64,000 nucleotides of DNA, taken from positions 64,001 through 128,000 of the IMG/VR virus record IMGVR_UViG_3300008259_004660, one strand, 5' to 3'. This stretch comes from a virus. Shown here piece by piece: positions 55,775-64,000 of the stretch. The notes beneath the pieces were generated by a model. The model searched no databases. It worked only from the letters and a program-made list of their open reading frames with translations, and was not told the origin of the DNA. Positions within the stretch are counted from its first letter, which is position 1. Each line of letters opens with the position of its first letter. The translations under genes were made by a program, and so were the position numbers.

Positions 55775-56221
55775 ATGAAAAAGCAGGAACTTGTAGAAAT
55801 TATAAGAACTCTAGTAAAAGAAGAAGTTAATAATGCACTTCCACATCTTCTTATGGAAGTTTTGGCAGAAAAAATGGTGCAAAATTCAAACTCTTTGTTG
55901 GAAACAAAAAAGCCAACAGAGCAGCTTCCAAAAAGAACACCAAATGTTTCTTTTGAAGCAACTCCAAAACAGTCACCAGTTCAAGCGCCAAAAACGTTCA
56001 CAACAAACCCAATTTTGAATCAAGTGCTCAATGAAACTGTTGGAGGGATTCCACAAGAAGAATCTTCTGGTACACCATCCGCAATAGATGCACTTCAAAG
56101 TCTTCCAAAACAAGTATTGGCGGAAAACAAAGAAGTTGCAGCGGTCGCATCTGCAATGACAAGAGACTATTCTCAACTATTGAAAGCAATTGACACGAAA
56201 GCAAAAGCTAAAAGACCATAA
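55775..56221 (+). CDS. hypothetical protein
   Basis: ILNQVLNET, AMTRDYS; TATTTAT upstream. Confidence 0.7.
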   Translation: MKKQELVEIIRTLVKEEVNNALPHLLMEVLAEKMVQNSNSLLETKKPTEQLPKRTPNVSFEATPKQSPVQAPKTFTTNPILNQVLNETVGGIPQEESSGTPSAIDALQSLPKQVLAENKEVAAVASAMTRDYSQLLKAIDTKAKAKRP

Positions 56222-56628
56222 TGGCAACACAAAACGCACAACCTTATGGAATAACTCTACCCATAACACATGGGCCAAGTGGATATTTTAATCAAAGTTA
56301 TAGCGTGGGAGAACAAATTAAAAGTAATCTAAACTTATTGCTGAGAACAAAAAAGGGAGAAAGAAGAATGAATCCTGATTTTGGTTCTGGATTATGGAGC
56401 GTGTTGTTCGAGAATAATGTGGAGGAAATTGGTCAAATTGTTGAATCCACTATCAGAAAAGATATATCAAGATGGATGAATTATGTGAATGTCGAATCTG
56501 TTGATGTTGATAGAACAAGTGATAGTTCGCAACACAGAATAAATGTTTCCGTAGTATACACTGTCCCAGTTGTTGGAATAACAAACGAGCAAGTATTACA
56601 AGTTGACATGAACACAACCAACGTATGA
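56221..56628 (+). CDS. baseplate wedge protein, gp25/GPW family
   Basis: QIKSNLNLLLRTKKGERRMNPDFGSGL. Confidence 0.9.
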   Translation: MATQNAQPYGITLPITHGPSGYFNQSYSVGEQIKSNLNLLLRTKKGERRMNPDFGSGLWSVLFENNVEEIGQIVESTIRKDISRWMNYVNVESVDVDRTSDSSQHRINVSVVYTVPVVGITNEQVLQVDMNTTNV

Positions 56629-58580
56629 TATTAGACACACCAAAATCATTTCTACCGGGCAAAAAAGATGTCAAATATCTTAACAAGGATTTTTCCCAAC
56701 TAAAATCCAGCTTGATTGAATTTGCCAAAACATATTATCCAAATACATATAAGGATTTCAGTGATGCATCAACAGGAATGATGTACATAGAAATGGCGGC
56801 GTATGTTGGAGATGTGCTTTCATACTATATTGATTATCAGTTCAAGGAATCGATGTTAGTAAATGCAGAAGAGCGCCAAAACATTATTGATGCGGCAAGA
56901 TCTGTTGGTTACAAAACAAAGCCAAGCACACCAAGTTTCACAAAATTGGATGTATATCAACTTATTCCTTCAAAAATAAATGAAGATGGCAGTATATCTC
57001 CAGACATGAAATATGCTCAGATTATAAAGCCGGGCATGGCGTGCAGCAGCGACTCTGGCATACCGTTTCTTACTAGTGTTCCCGTTGATTTTACTGTTGA
57101 TACCAAGAATGATCCGTTGGAAATTTCCGTTTATCAAAGAAACGCTGCTGGTCAACCTGAATTTTATGTATTGAAAAAGACAGTAAGTGCATTTTCTGGT
57201 CAAATATCCACTGCCACAATTTCGGTTTCTTCTCCTGTTCCATTTTTCAAAGTTACTCTTTCAGATACAAATGTTATTGAAGTTATGGATGTATATGACT
57301 CCGATGGCAACAGATGGTATGAGACAGATTATCTTGCACAAGATCTTGTTCCTATTGAAAGTGAAAACATATTCAAGAATGATTCTGCATTATCAACATA
57401 TCGTGATACTGTTCCTTTCCTATTAAGATATCTGAGAACACCGAAAAGATTTGTCACGGGGGTTGGTGCCGACAACACAACATTTTTGGAATTTGGATCT
57501 GGAACCAATGTTTCAGACGACGAAGTTATTATTCCAAATGTGTATACAGTGAACAGAGTTTCAACTTTTAGAAATGAAACTGCCACATATGATCCATCAA
57601 ATTTCTTGTCATCAAGAGCATTTGGTCAAGCACCTTCAAATACTTCATTGACAGTTCGTTATGTTGTTGGTGGCGGAATAACCAGCAATGTTAACGCAAA
57701 TTCAATAAAGAACGTAACAGCGGTTGATTTCTTCGGTGATATAACAGAACTTCCTGTTTTTGAACAGAATTTGACCACATTGGTAAGAAAGTCCATAAAA
57801 GTCAATAATCCATCTCCAGCGACAGGTGGTCGTAACGCCGAAACAAATGATGAAATACGAAATAATGCTCTTGCTAGTGTAGCAGCACAAGGTAGAGCAG
57901 TAACACAAAAAGATTATGTTATACGAGCATATGCGATGCCTTCAAAATTTGGATCGGTTGCAAAAGCATGGGCAGTGTCGGATGCACAATTGAATCCACA
58001 AAATATCCAAGCACAGCCGCAGTCAGATGTAACAAGTTCACTTTCTCCATCAGCAACAAATAACAAAACATTGCAGGCTGCAAACTCATTTGCGATAAAT
58101 CTTTATTTGCTTGGTTATAACACAAATCAGAACTTGATTGCAACAAACGAGGCAATTCGTCAAAATCTCAAAAACTATTTGAATCAGTATCGTATGTTGA
58201 CCGACAGTGTTAATCTTCTTGATGGATATATCATCAACATTGGTGTCGATTTTACGATCATTGCATACAAGAATTACAACAAGAGAGAAGTGTTGGCAAA
58301 CTGCATATCACTTGTTCAGAAATTCTTTGATATCAATAATATTCAATTCTGCCAACCAATCAATTTAAGCAGACTTGAATTGGAAATTGCAAAGGTGGAC
58401 GGAGTTCAGTCTGTATCATCATTGAAGATAAAGAATCTTACACTGCGTGATGGCGATTATTCTCCATATGAGTATGATATTGAAAAAGCGACTATGGACA
58501 AAGTGGTATATCCTTCCATAGATCCTAGCGTGTTTGAGGTTAAATTCCCATCAAAGGATATAGTAGGCCGCGTAAGTTGA
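56625..58580 (+). CDS. baseplate wedge protein, gp6/baseplate-J-like
   Basis: YLNKDFSQLK, AYVGDVLSYY, GGRNAET, RAVTQKDY. Confidence 0.88.
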   Translation: MILDTPKSFLPGKKDVKYLNKDFSQLKSSLIEFAKTYYPNTYKDFSDASTGMMYIEMAAYVGDVLSYYIDYQFKESMLVNAEERQNIIDAARSVGYKTKPSTPSFTKLDVYQLIPSKINEDGSISPDMKYAQIIKPGMACSSDSGIPFLTSVPVDFTVDTKNDPLEISVYQRNAAGQPEFYVLKKTVSAFSGQISTATISVSSPVPFFKVTLSDTNVIEVMDVYDSDGNRWYETDYLAQDLVPIESENIFKNDSALSTYRDTVPFLLRYLRTPKRFVTGVGADNTTFLEFGSGTNVSDDEVIIPNVYTVNRVSTFRNETATYDPSNFLSSRAFGQAPSNTSLTVRYVVGGGITSNVNANSIKNVTAVDFFGDITELPVFEQNLTTLVRKSIKVNNPSPATGGRNAETNDEIRNNALASVAAQGRAVTQKDYVIRAYAMPSKFGSVAKAWAVSDAQLNPQNIQAQPQSDVTSSLSPSATNNKTLQAANSFAINLYLLGYNTNQNLIATNEAIRQNLKNYLNQYRMLTDSVNLLDGYIINIGVDFTIIAYKNYNKREVLANCISLVQKFFDINNIQFCQPINLSRLELEIAKVDGVQSVSSLKIKNLTLRDGDYSPYEYDIEKATMDKVVYPSIDPSVFEVKFPSKDIVGRVS

Positions 58581-58591
58581 TTTATAACACC

Positions 58592-59917
58592 ATGCACTAT
58601 TTCTTATATCCAACCAAAGACGCATACATAAGCAACGACCCAGCATATATCACCAAGAATACTGGGCTGGATGAAATCTTGGAAGTTGAAAAGAGAATTT
58701 CATTCACAAGTTGTGCCAGTTTAGGTTCATATATCATAGAAGTTGGATATACCAGTTCAAGTATTGAACTTTTAAGTGGATCAATGTCATCTTCATATGA
58801 CTCTGGATCAACAGATCCAAGAGTAGTATCAAGTTCATATGTGTACAAAAATTCTCCATCGGCTGGTGCAGTTTTGTCAAGAGCACTTCTTCATTTCGAT
58901 CTATCAACCATTTCGGCATCACTGGCATCAAGTGATGCAAATAAGCCAGTAAATCCAAGATTTTATCTTAATCTCAAGATTTGTGAAAGTACGGAAGTAC
59001 CTACCAAGTATTCATTGGCGGCATATCCAATATCTCAATCATGGTTGATGGGAACTGGTTACAAGTATGATGGAACAACAGCACCAGACGGTGTAACATG
59101 GAAATTTTCAGATGGATATATTGAAAAGTGGGTAAGTGGATCTTTGATTGATTGTACAGGCGGCGGAAATTGGTGGATATCATCAAGTCTAGTCAGCGGT
59201 TCTGCGGTTGGAATTGTTGGTAGTGGATCTGGCTATGTTCAACCATCATATGAAAATTGGTATTTTACATCAAGCACGGTTCCTACCACTGGATCATATG
59301 GATCGGGCCAAACCTTTGATTATGAAAGTGGAGATGTCAGAATGGATGTCTCCAATATGGTATATGCTTGGCTAAGTGGATCATTGGTTAATAACGGATT
59401 GATTCTTATGCATGGCGATGAATCAAGTTCTATTGACTATGGATCACTGAAATTCTTCAGTAAGGAAACCAATACTGTATATTCTCCATATTTGGATATG
59501 TGTTGGCATGATTCTGTATTCATTACGGGAAGTACGGACCCGATTCAGATCAGAGATTCTGTAGTGAATATGAAAAATATGGCATCTGAATATAAGTTTG
59601 GATCTATTGTACGAATGGATGTTACCGCAAGAAAGCGTTATCCAGTAAAAACATTCACCAACAAAGCATCGGATTATTTGTTCCCATATTACTTACCATC
59701 ATCAAGCTATTATCAGATCAAGGACGCAGAAAGCGAAGAAACAATAATTCCATATGATGATTACACCAGACTAAGCTTTGACGGTAGTGGAAATTATTTT
59801 ATGTTGGACACCAGCGGTCTTCCAATGGAAAGATATTTCAAAGTAGAAATTCGCACGGAACAAAGCGGTTCTGTTTTGACCTTTCCAGTTCCAACCGCAT
59901 TCAAAGTTTCTAGATGA
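58592..59917 (+). CDS. putative virion structural protein
   Basis: YFLYPTKDAYI, SRALLHFD, KFFSKET; in baseplate operon. Confidence 0.65.
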   Translation: MHYFLYPTKDAYISNDPAYITKNTGLDEILEVEKRISFTSCASLGSYIIEVGYTSSSIELLSGSMSSSYDSGSTDPRVVSSSYVYKNSPSAGAVLSRALLHFDLSTISASLASSDANKPVNPRFYLNLKICESTEVPTKYSLAAYPISQSWLMGTGYKYDGTTAPDGVTWKFSDGYIEKWVSGSLIDCTGGGNWWISSSLVSGSAVGIVGSGSGYVQPSYENWYFTSSTVPTTGSYGSGQTFDYESGDVRMDVSNMVYAWLSGSLVNNGLILMHGDESSSIDYGSLKFFSKETNTVYSPYLDMCWHDSVFITGSTDPIQIRDSVVNMKNMASEYKFGSIVRMDVTARKRYPVKTFTNKASDYLFPYYLPSSSYYQIKDAESEETIIPYDDYTRLSFDGSGNYFMLDTSGLPMERYFKVEIRTEQSGSVLTFPVPTAFKVSR

Positions 59918-60135
59918 ACGCCAATCCATATCTATCAGGATATAATCAAGATGACATACAAAAGCTATATCAGAGTGGTTCAATCATTCCGAATATAGAC
60001 GAGTATGGTAATTTGATCATTCAAAACGTAAAAGGCCAGCTTTATTCTTCTTCCATAACAATTCCTTTGGAAAACGTAGTATATAATCCAGTAAAAGTGG
60101 AAACAAAGTATACAGTAACATTCAGCGAACTATGA
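59914..60135 (+). CDS. hypothetical protein
   Basis: Overlapping start/stop in operon. Confidence 0.6.
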   Translation: MNANPYLSGYNQDDIQKLYQSGSIIPNIDEYGNLIIQNVKGQLYSSSITIPLENVVYNPVKVETKYTVTFSEL

Positions 60136-63100
60136 ACCTTGAAGACATGAAGTATATTTCGGCATCTTCCTCGTCACTCGGGGTTGGTTCCGACATGACT
60201 AAAGAAGATTTGATGTTTTTCACGGACGGACTAAAGTCTCAAAATTTTCCATTTGGCAAAACCGAGGATGACTTTATAAAGTTCAGCGTATATAACTTTG
60301 ATAATACCTTGGTAACAGAGTCGATGATATATCCGAGCGGATCATATCGTAATTACACACAGTCATATTACGATCCTACAAACAGATATATTACATATTC
60401 GTATTCAAAATTTGATGGAACGGCTCCTATATTAGTTGGTGAAACAAGCTCTTTGTTTATTGATGTTTCATCGGAAATGAGAAATCTCAATGTACCGGAT
60501 GGAAATTATAGAATAACGGTAGAATTAATGAGAAACATCGTTGGATCCAATTCTTCATCTGAAGATAAGTTGATGATATACCAGATATCAACCAACAGAG
60601 ATGAAGTGGCATTGATTCCAAAAAATTTGGCAGGATCAACCGAAAAAATAAACACGCAAGTTGATGTGTTTGGAACAAACAAGGTTTTTGTAAGTGATAT
60701 TGCAGATAGTATAATAGAATCAATAGCATCTCCTGAGATTTATAATGTATACTACACTGCAAAGAATGAAAATCCTTCTGGTGCGGAGTTGTTGAAATTC
60801 TATTATGGATTTACCAACAGAGAAAACGAAACCAATAATGATATAGATGTAATTTCATTCGTCACCGATTTGTATTATGGTGTAAGGAAAGGTGGAACCA
60901 GAAACAATGGTCAAATTGCAGTAAATGACATCTTGGGAATATATGATCAATTTAAGAATTGGTTGTATAGCAATTATGATTCAGGGTCAACTTTTAGGGA
61001 TATTCAGGATTATTACTACAGCTTGTTCAGATTTGTGATTGATCAGGAGTTGAACAGAATCACAAACAAAAAGCCAGCGGAGTATGATCAAATAGTTGCA
61101 TTCTTGCAAAAAATTTATTACGATCTTACCTTTTATCCGCAATTCTATTTTCTTCAACTGAAATACAACATCGATTTGTCTGGGTATTTCAAGAATATTT
61201 TGAATCATTCGGGTGGATACGTTTCAATTACAAATAAGAAATTGGTATTGTCCGAGGATCCTAGATACCAAAATAAGTTGGTCTTGAAACTTTCTGAGCC
61301 ACTTCCACAGTCTGTTCAAAACGGAGATGATGTTTGGATAACAAACAATTTTGGATTTTTACCAATTGTTCAAAATGTATATTACTTTACTTCAAATGTA
61401 ATACAGACCATACCTTTGCGTGGTCCTAATTTCTTGGTTAGAATTGAAAGTCAGGGAAATTCCACAGAAGCACTATCAATGGAGCAATTAATTGCTCAAA
61501 CTGGAAGTGCATATAATGAAGTTCTTTCCAAGATTCTCACACCTTCTCAAACCGTAGTAGATAATACCAACTACAGAAGTTTTGAAAACTTCATAAACTT
61601 TTCTTCCGCTAAATTGAGAGTTGACGCATTCACTGTAAAGAAAACAAAAATAGATGACTTGTATCAGACCATTGCAGAGTTGCAGCAGAAAATTGATGCC
61701 AATCCAAATGATCAGTTCTATATCAAGGAAAAAACAGACGCCAATACTGAAATAGATAATTTGGAAAATTCAATGGATGGTTATGAAAAATTCCTATACA
61801 ACAATCCTTCTTGGTATACTGATCATAACGCATCATCCTCATTATTTGACAGAGATAATGGTAACTCGCTGATCAACAATCTTCCACAGTTCATATTGGA
61901 GGATATGGAACAAAATCAGGACTATATCCTATTCGTTGGAATGATAGGACACTTCTTCGATAACATATCGTTGTTGATCAGGCAGATCACAGAAAAGAAC
62001 AATTATTCAAGTAGTCCAAACTATGGAATATCTGTTGATATTGTGGAAGATATGTTGGCTTCACTTGGTTGGGATGCGGAAATATCAAAGGAAAATCTTC
62101 CATTGCTTCTTTCCAATTTTTCTCAAAATGATTTCGACACAAACAGCAACCTTTATGATCTTTCCAGAACAATTTCTGAAAAGCAAAGAAATCAGATAAT
62201 ATGGAAGAGAATACTAAACACTCTTCCTTACATATACAAGACCAAGGGTACAGAAGCATCACTGTCTTCACTATTAAGTTGTTTTGGCGTTCCAAAGAAT
62301 ATTATCAAGCTCAAGGAATATGGTGGAATACAAGACGTTCATAATCTTCAGGACACAACATTGTATGTTTTGGATGAAGTAAAATACGAACCATATTTCA
62401 GTGGAAGCGGAGAATATTTCAAGTTCAATTGGACAGGAAGCGCACAAACACTGGAACTCAATTTCTCATTCGATCCAAACAAGACAAGCACAGTTGGAAA
62501 TGTGTTCAGACTTGTAAACTGCCCAAATAGTTGGGTGGTTGGAGTGTACAGAGACAAAGGCAAGGATTGGGGAAGATTATTCTTTAGCATTGATAACGGA
62601 AGTGGTAGTGTAAAAACGATAATGACGGACAAAGCTCCGTTCTTTGATGGTAATTCATACCACGCAATGCTTCGTAGAAATGATGCCACGGTAAATTATT
62701 CAATGTATGGATTCACCGAAAGTCAAATTGACGAGTATCCTATAAAGTATGATATAATTGCACAACGTGCAGAGGATGCTAGAATCACATTTGAAGCAAC
62801 CTCCAGCCAGTATTTAAGTGGAAGCTACAATACTCAATTCAGATCTGGTTCGTATGTTTATGTAGGAAATTACAATCAAAATACCGCATCATTGAATATT
62901 GACCCAGAGGCATTTTTTGGAAACATTGACGAAATAAAGTTGTGGGAACTTCCGTTGGACGATGGTAGATTTGAAAGTCATACATTATATCAAAATGCAT
63001 ATGACGGAAATTCGCCAGAAAAAATGATAGCGGAAAATCTGGTTAGAATTTCATTTGAAAGACCAACCGATTTGCATGATTCAAGTACAAGTGCATCATT

Positions 63101-64000
63101 GAATAATCTTGCATTTAGAAAAGACTTCCCAACATTCACAGCAGTTAATTTCCCAGAGAGTCTTGTAGCTACAGTACAAAATTCAGAATGCGACCCTTCA
63201 ATGGTGGCCGGATTCCCATATCAGTTTAGTAGAAAAGACACTCGGCAAACTGTAAAACTTCCTGATTATGGATCCAGCAAGTTCAGAAGCAACAAAATCA
63301 ATTATGTTGATCAGGAACTTGCCGCGCCATTATCTTCAACTGAAAGATCTTCGCTTCAATCGAGTGAACTTGTTTCCGTCGATTCAAATAGATTGGGTTT
63401 ATTCTTCTCGCCGTCCGATATTCAAAACACAGAAATCATAAAGTTCTTTGGAGAATATCCACTAAGTGAACTGATTGGGGATCCTTCAACAGTGTATGAA
63501 TCATCATATGCAAGATTTGAAAAGTTCAGACAGATATTCTACGATCAAGGTTTTGGAAACATAGATTATCAGTTCTTCATGAACGTTGTTCGATTCTATT
63601 TTGACAAGGCGATGTTCAAATATATTCGTTCAATTGTACCAGCAAGAGCAACACTTGTTGATGGTATACTTGTTGAGCCTTCCATACTCGAACGTCCGAA
63701 GATTGCACTTAAACCATTGGTAAGAGAAAATATTCCACAGAAGGAAGCACCAATCGATGCCAACAGAAATATTGTGGCAACCCAATCTCCAAAATTGGAA
63801 GATTCATTGGATGTAAGAACATCGGGTAGATCAATATTGAACGATGTTAATCAAGTATTCTTCCCAACCGATGAAGACCAATATGGATTCGCCGTGTATT
63901 CAGATAATGGAATAACATACTACAACGGAGATTATTATCGCGCCGATGTATTGACCATCAAGAAGCAATATCAAATACACAACAAATATAATCTTCCCAC
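60132..64000 (+). CDS. Large baseplate wedge (gp7-like) protein, 3'-partial, absent from ORF track
   Basis: ATGA overlap; same frame open where spot-checked at 60.1, 62.0, 62.2 and 63.95 kb; EDMLASLGW, IWKRILNTLPYIYKTKGT, KEYGG. Confidence 0.75.
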   Translation, partial: MNLEDMKYISASSSSLGVGSDMTKEDLMFFTDGLKSQNFPFGKTEDDFIKFSVYNFDNTLVTESMIYPSGSYRNYTQSYYDPTNRYITYSYSKFDGTAPILVGETSSLFIDVSSEMRNLNVPDGNYRITVELMRNIVGSNSSSEDKLMIYQISTNRDEVALIPKNLAGSTEKINTQVDVFGTNKVFVSDIADSIIESIASPEIYNVYYTAKNENPSGAELLKFYYGFTNRENETNNDIDVISFVTDLYYGVRKGGTRNNGQIAVNDILGIYDQFKNWLYSNYDSGSTFRDIQDYYYSLFRFVIDQELNRITNKKPAEYDQIVAFLQKIYYDLTFYPQFYFLQLKYNIDLSGYFKNILNHSGGYVSITNKKLVLSEDPRYQNKLVLKLSEPLPQSVQNGDDVWITNNFGFLPIVQNVYYFTSNVIQTIPLRGPNFLVRIESQGNSTEALSMEQLIAQTGSAYNEVLSKILTPSQTVVDNTNYRSFENFINFSSAKLRVDAFTVKKTKIDDLYQTIAELQQKIDANPNDQFYIKEKTDANTEIDNLENSMDGYEKFLYNNPSWYTDHNASSSLFDRDNGNSLINNLPQFILEDMEQNQDYILFVGMIGHFFDNISLLIRQITEKNNYSSSPNYGISVDIVEDMLASLGWDAEISKENLPLLLSNFSQNDFDTNSNLYDLSRTISEKQRNQIIWKRILNTLPYIYKTKGTEASLSSLLSCFGVPKNIIKLKEYGGIQDVHNLQDTTLYVLDEVKYEPYFSGSGEYFKFNWTGSAQTLELNFSFDPNKTSTVGNVFRLVNCPNSWVVGVYRDKGKDWGRLFFSIDNGSGSVKTIMTDKAPFFDGNSYHAMLRRNDATVNYSMYGFTESQIDEYPIKYDIIAQRAEDARITFEATSSQYLSGSYNTQFRSGSYVYVGNYNQNTASLNIDPEAFFGNIDEIKLWELPLDDGRFESHTLYQNAYDGNSPEKMIAENLVRISFERPTDLHDSSTSASLNNLAFRKDFPTFTAVNFPESLVATVQNSECDPSMVAGFPYQFSRKDTRQTVKLPDYGSSKFRSNKINYVDQELAAPLSSTERSSLQSSELVSVDSNRLGLFFSPSDIQNTEIIKFFGEYPLSELIGDPSTVYESSYARFEKFRQIFYDQGFGNIDYQFFMNVVRFYFDKAMFKYIRSIVPARATLVDGILVEPSILERPKIALKPLVRENIPQKEAPIDANRNIVATQSPKLEDSLDVRTSGRSILNDVNQVFFPTDEDQYGFAVYSDNGITYYNGDYYRADVLTIKKQYQIHNKYNLP

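Noticed and set aside
1-64000. CRISPR array, integrase, transposase, intron or intein
   Set aside because: No regularly spaced repeat-spacer units or catalytic motifs seen; helicase, DnaK and PhoH are normal length
1-64000. Stop-codon reassignment
   Set aside because: Long genes read intact in code 11, all three stops are used, and there is no suppressor tRNA

Overview
The window reads as part of a large tailed (myovirus-like, jumbo) phage genome. I see no host chromosomal backbone, integrase or CRISPR array. It has four zones. (1) 1-8.5 kb is AT-rich. It holds a DUF1800/DUF1501 pair, an ABC-ATPase-GNAT fusion, ssb and a tiny membrane CDGSH protein. It also holds a non-coding hub (6.7-7.1 kb) with a perfect chromosomal-type parS, four MraZ-box-like repeats at 10-bp period, and one of seven TTTAGGTACCC repeats. 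(2) 8.8-28.35 kb is a more GC-rich early/host-takeover region of about 60 short genes. Most have their own sigma70-type promoter with the -35 box 36-38 nt before the ATG, which implies leaderless mRNAs. This zone also carries an SF2 helicase, an ArfA-like peptide, a mini kinase-like protein, five canonical tRNAs, a degenerate fMet-like tRNA, and a boxA-marked cluster of unidentified structured RNAs including CCA-ended tRNA mimics (18.7-20.3 kb). (3) 28.85-46.8 kb holds Pro-Thr mucin-like LamG/Gly-rich proteins, PhoH, and a seven-gene glycosylation cluster headed by a GT60-type polypeptide GlcNAc transferase. (4) 46.9-64 kb holds Hsp20, DnaK, peptide deformylase, a gp55-like late sigma factor and baseplate genes, ending in a large ORF from 60132 that runs off the window. 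Best candidates for undescribed systems: the tRNA-mimic/ncRNA island, a phage mucin-type O-glycosylation pathway, and the parS plus MraZ-box hub. All family assignments come from motifs read by eye, and RNA folds are hand-paired; no searches or folding programs were run. A Verrucomicrobia/PVC-like host is only an inference.
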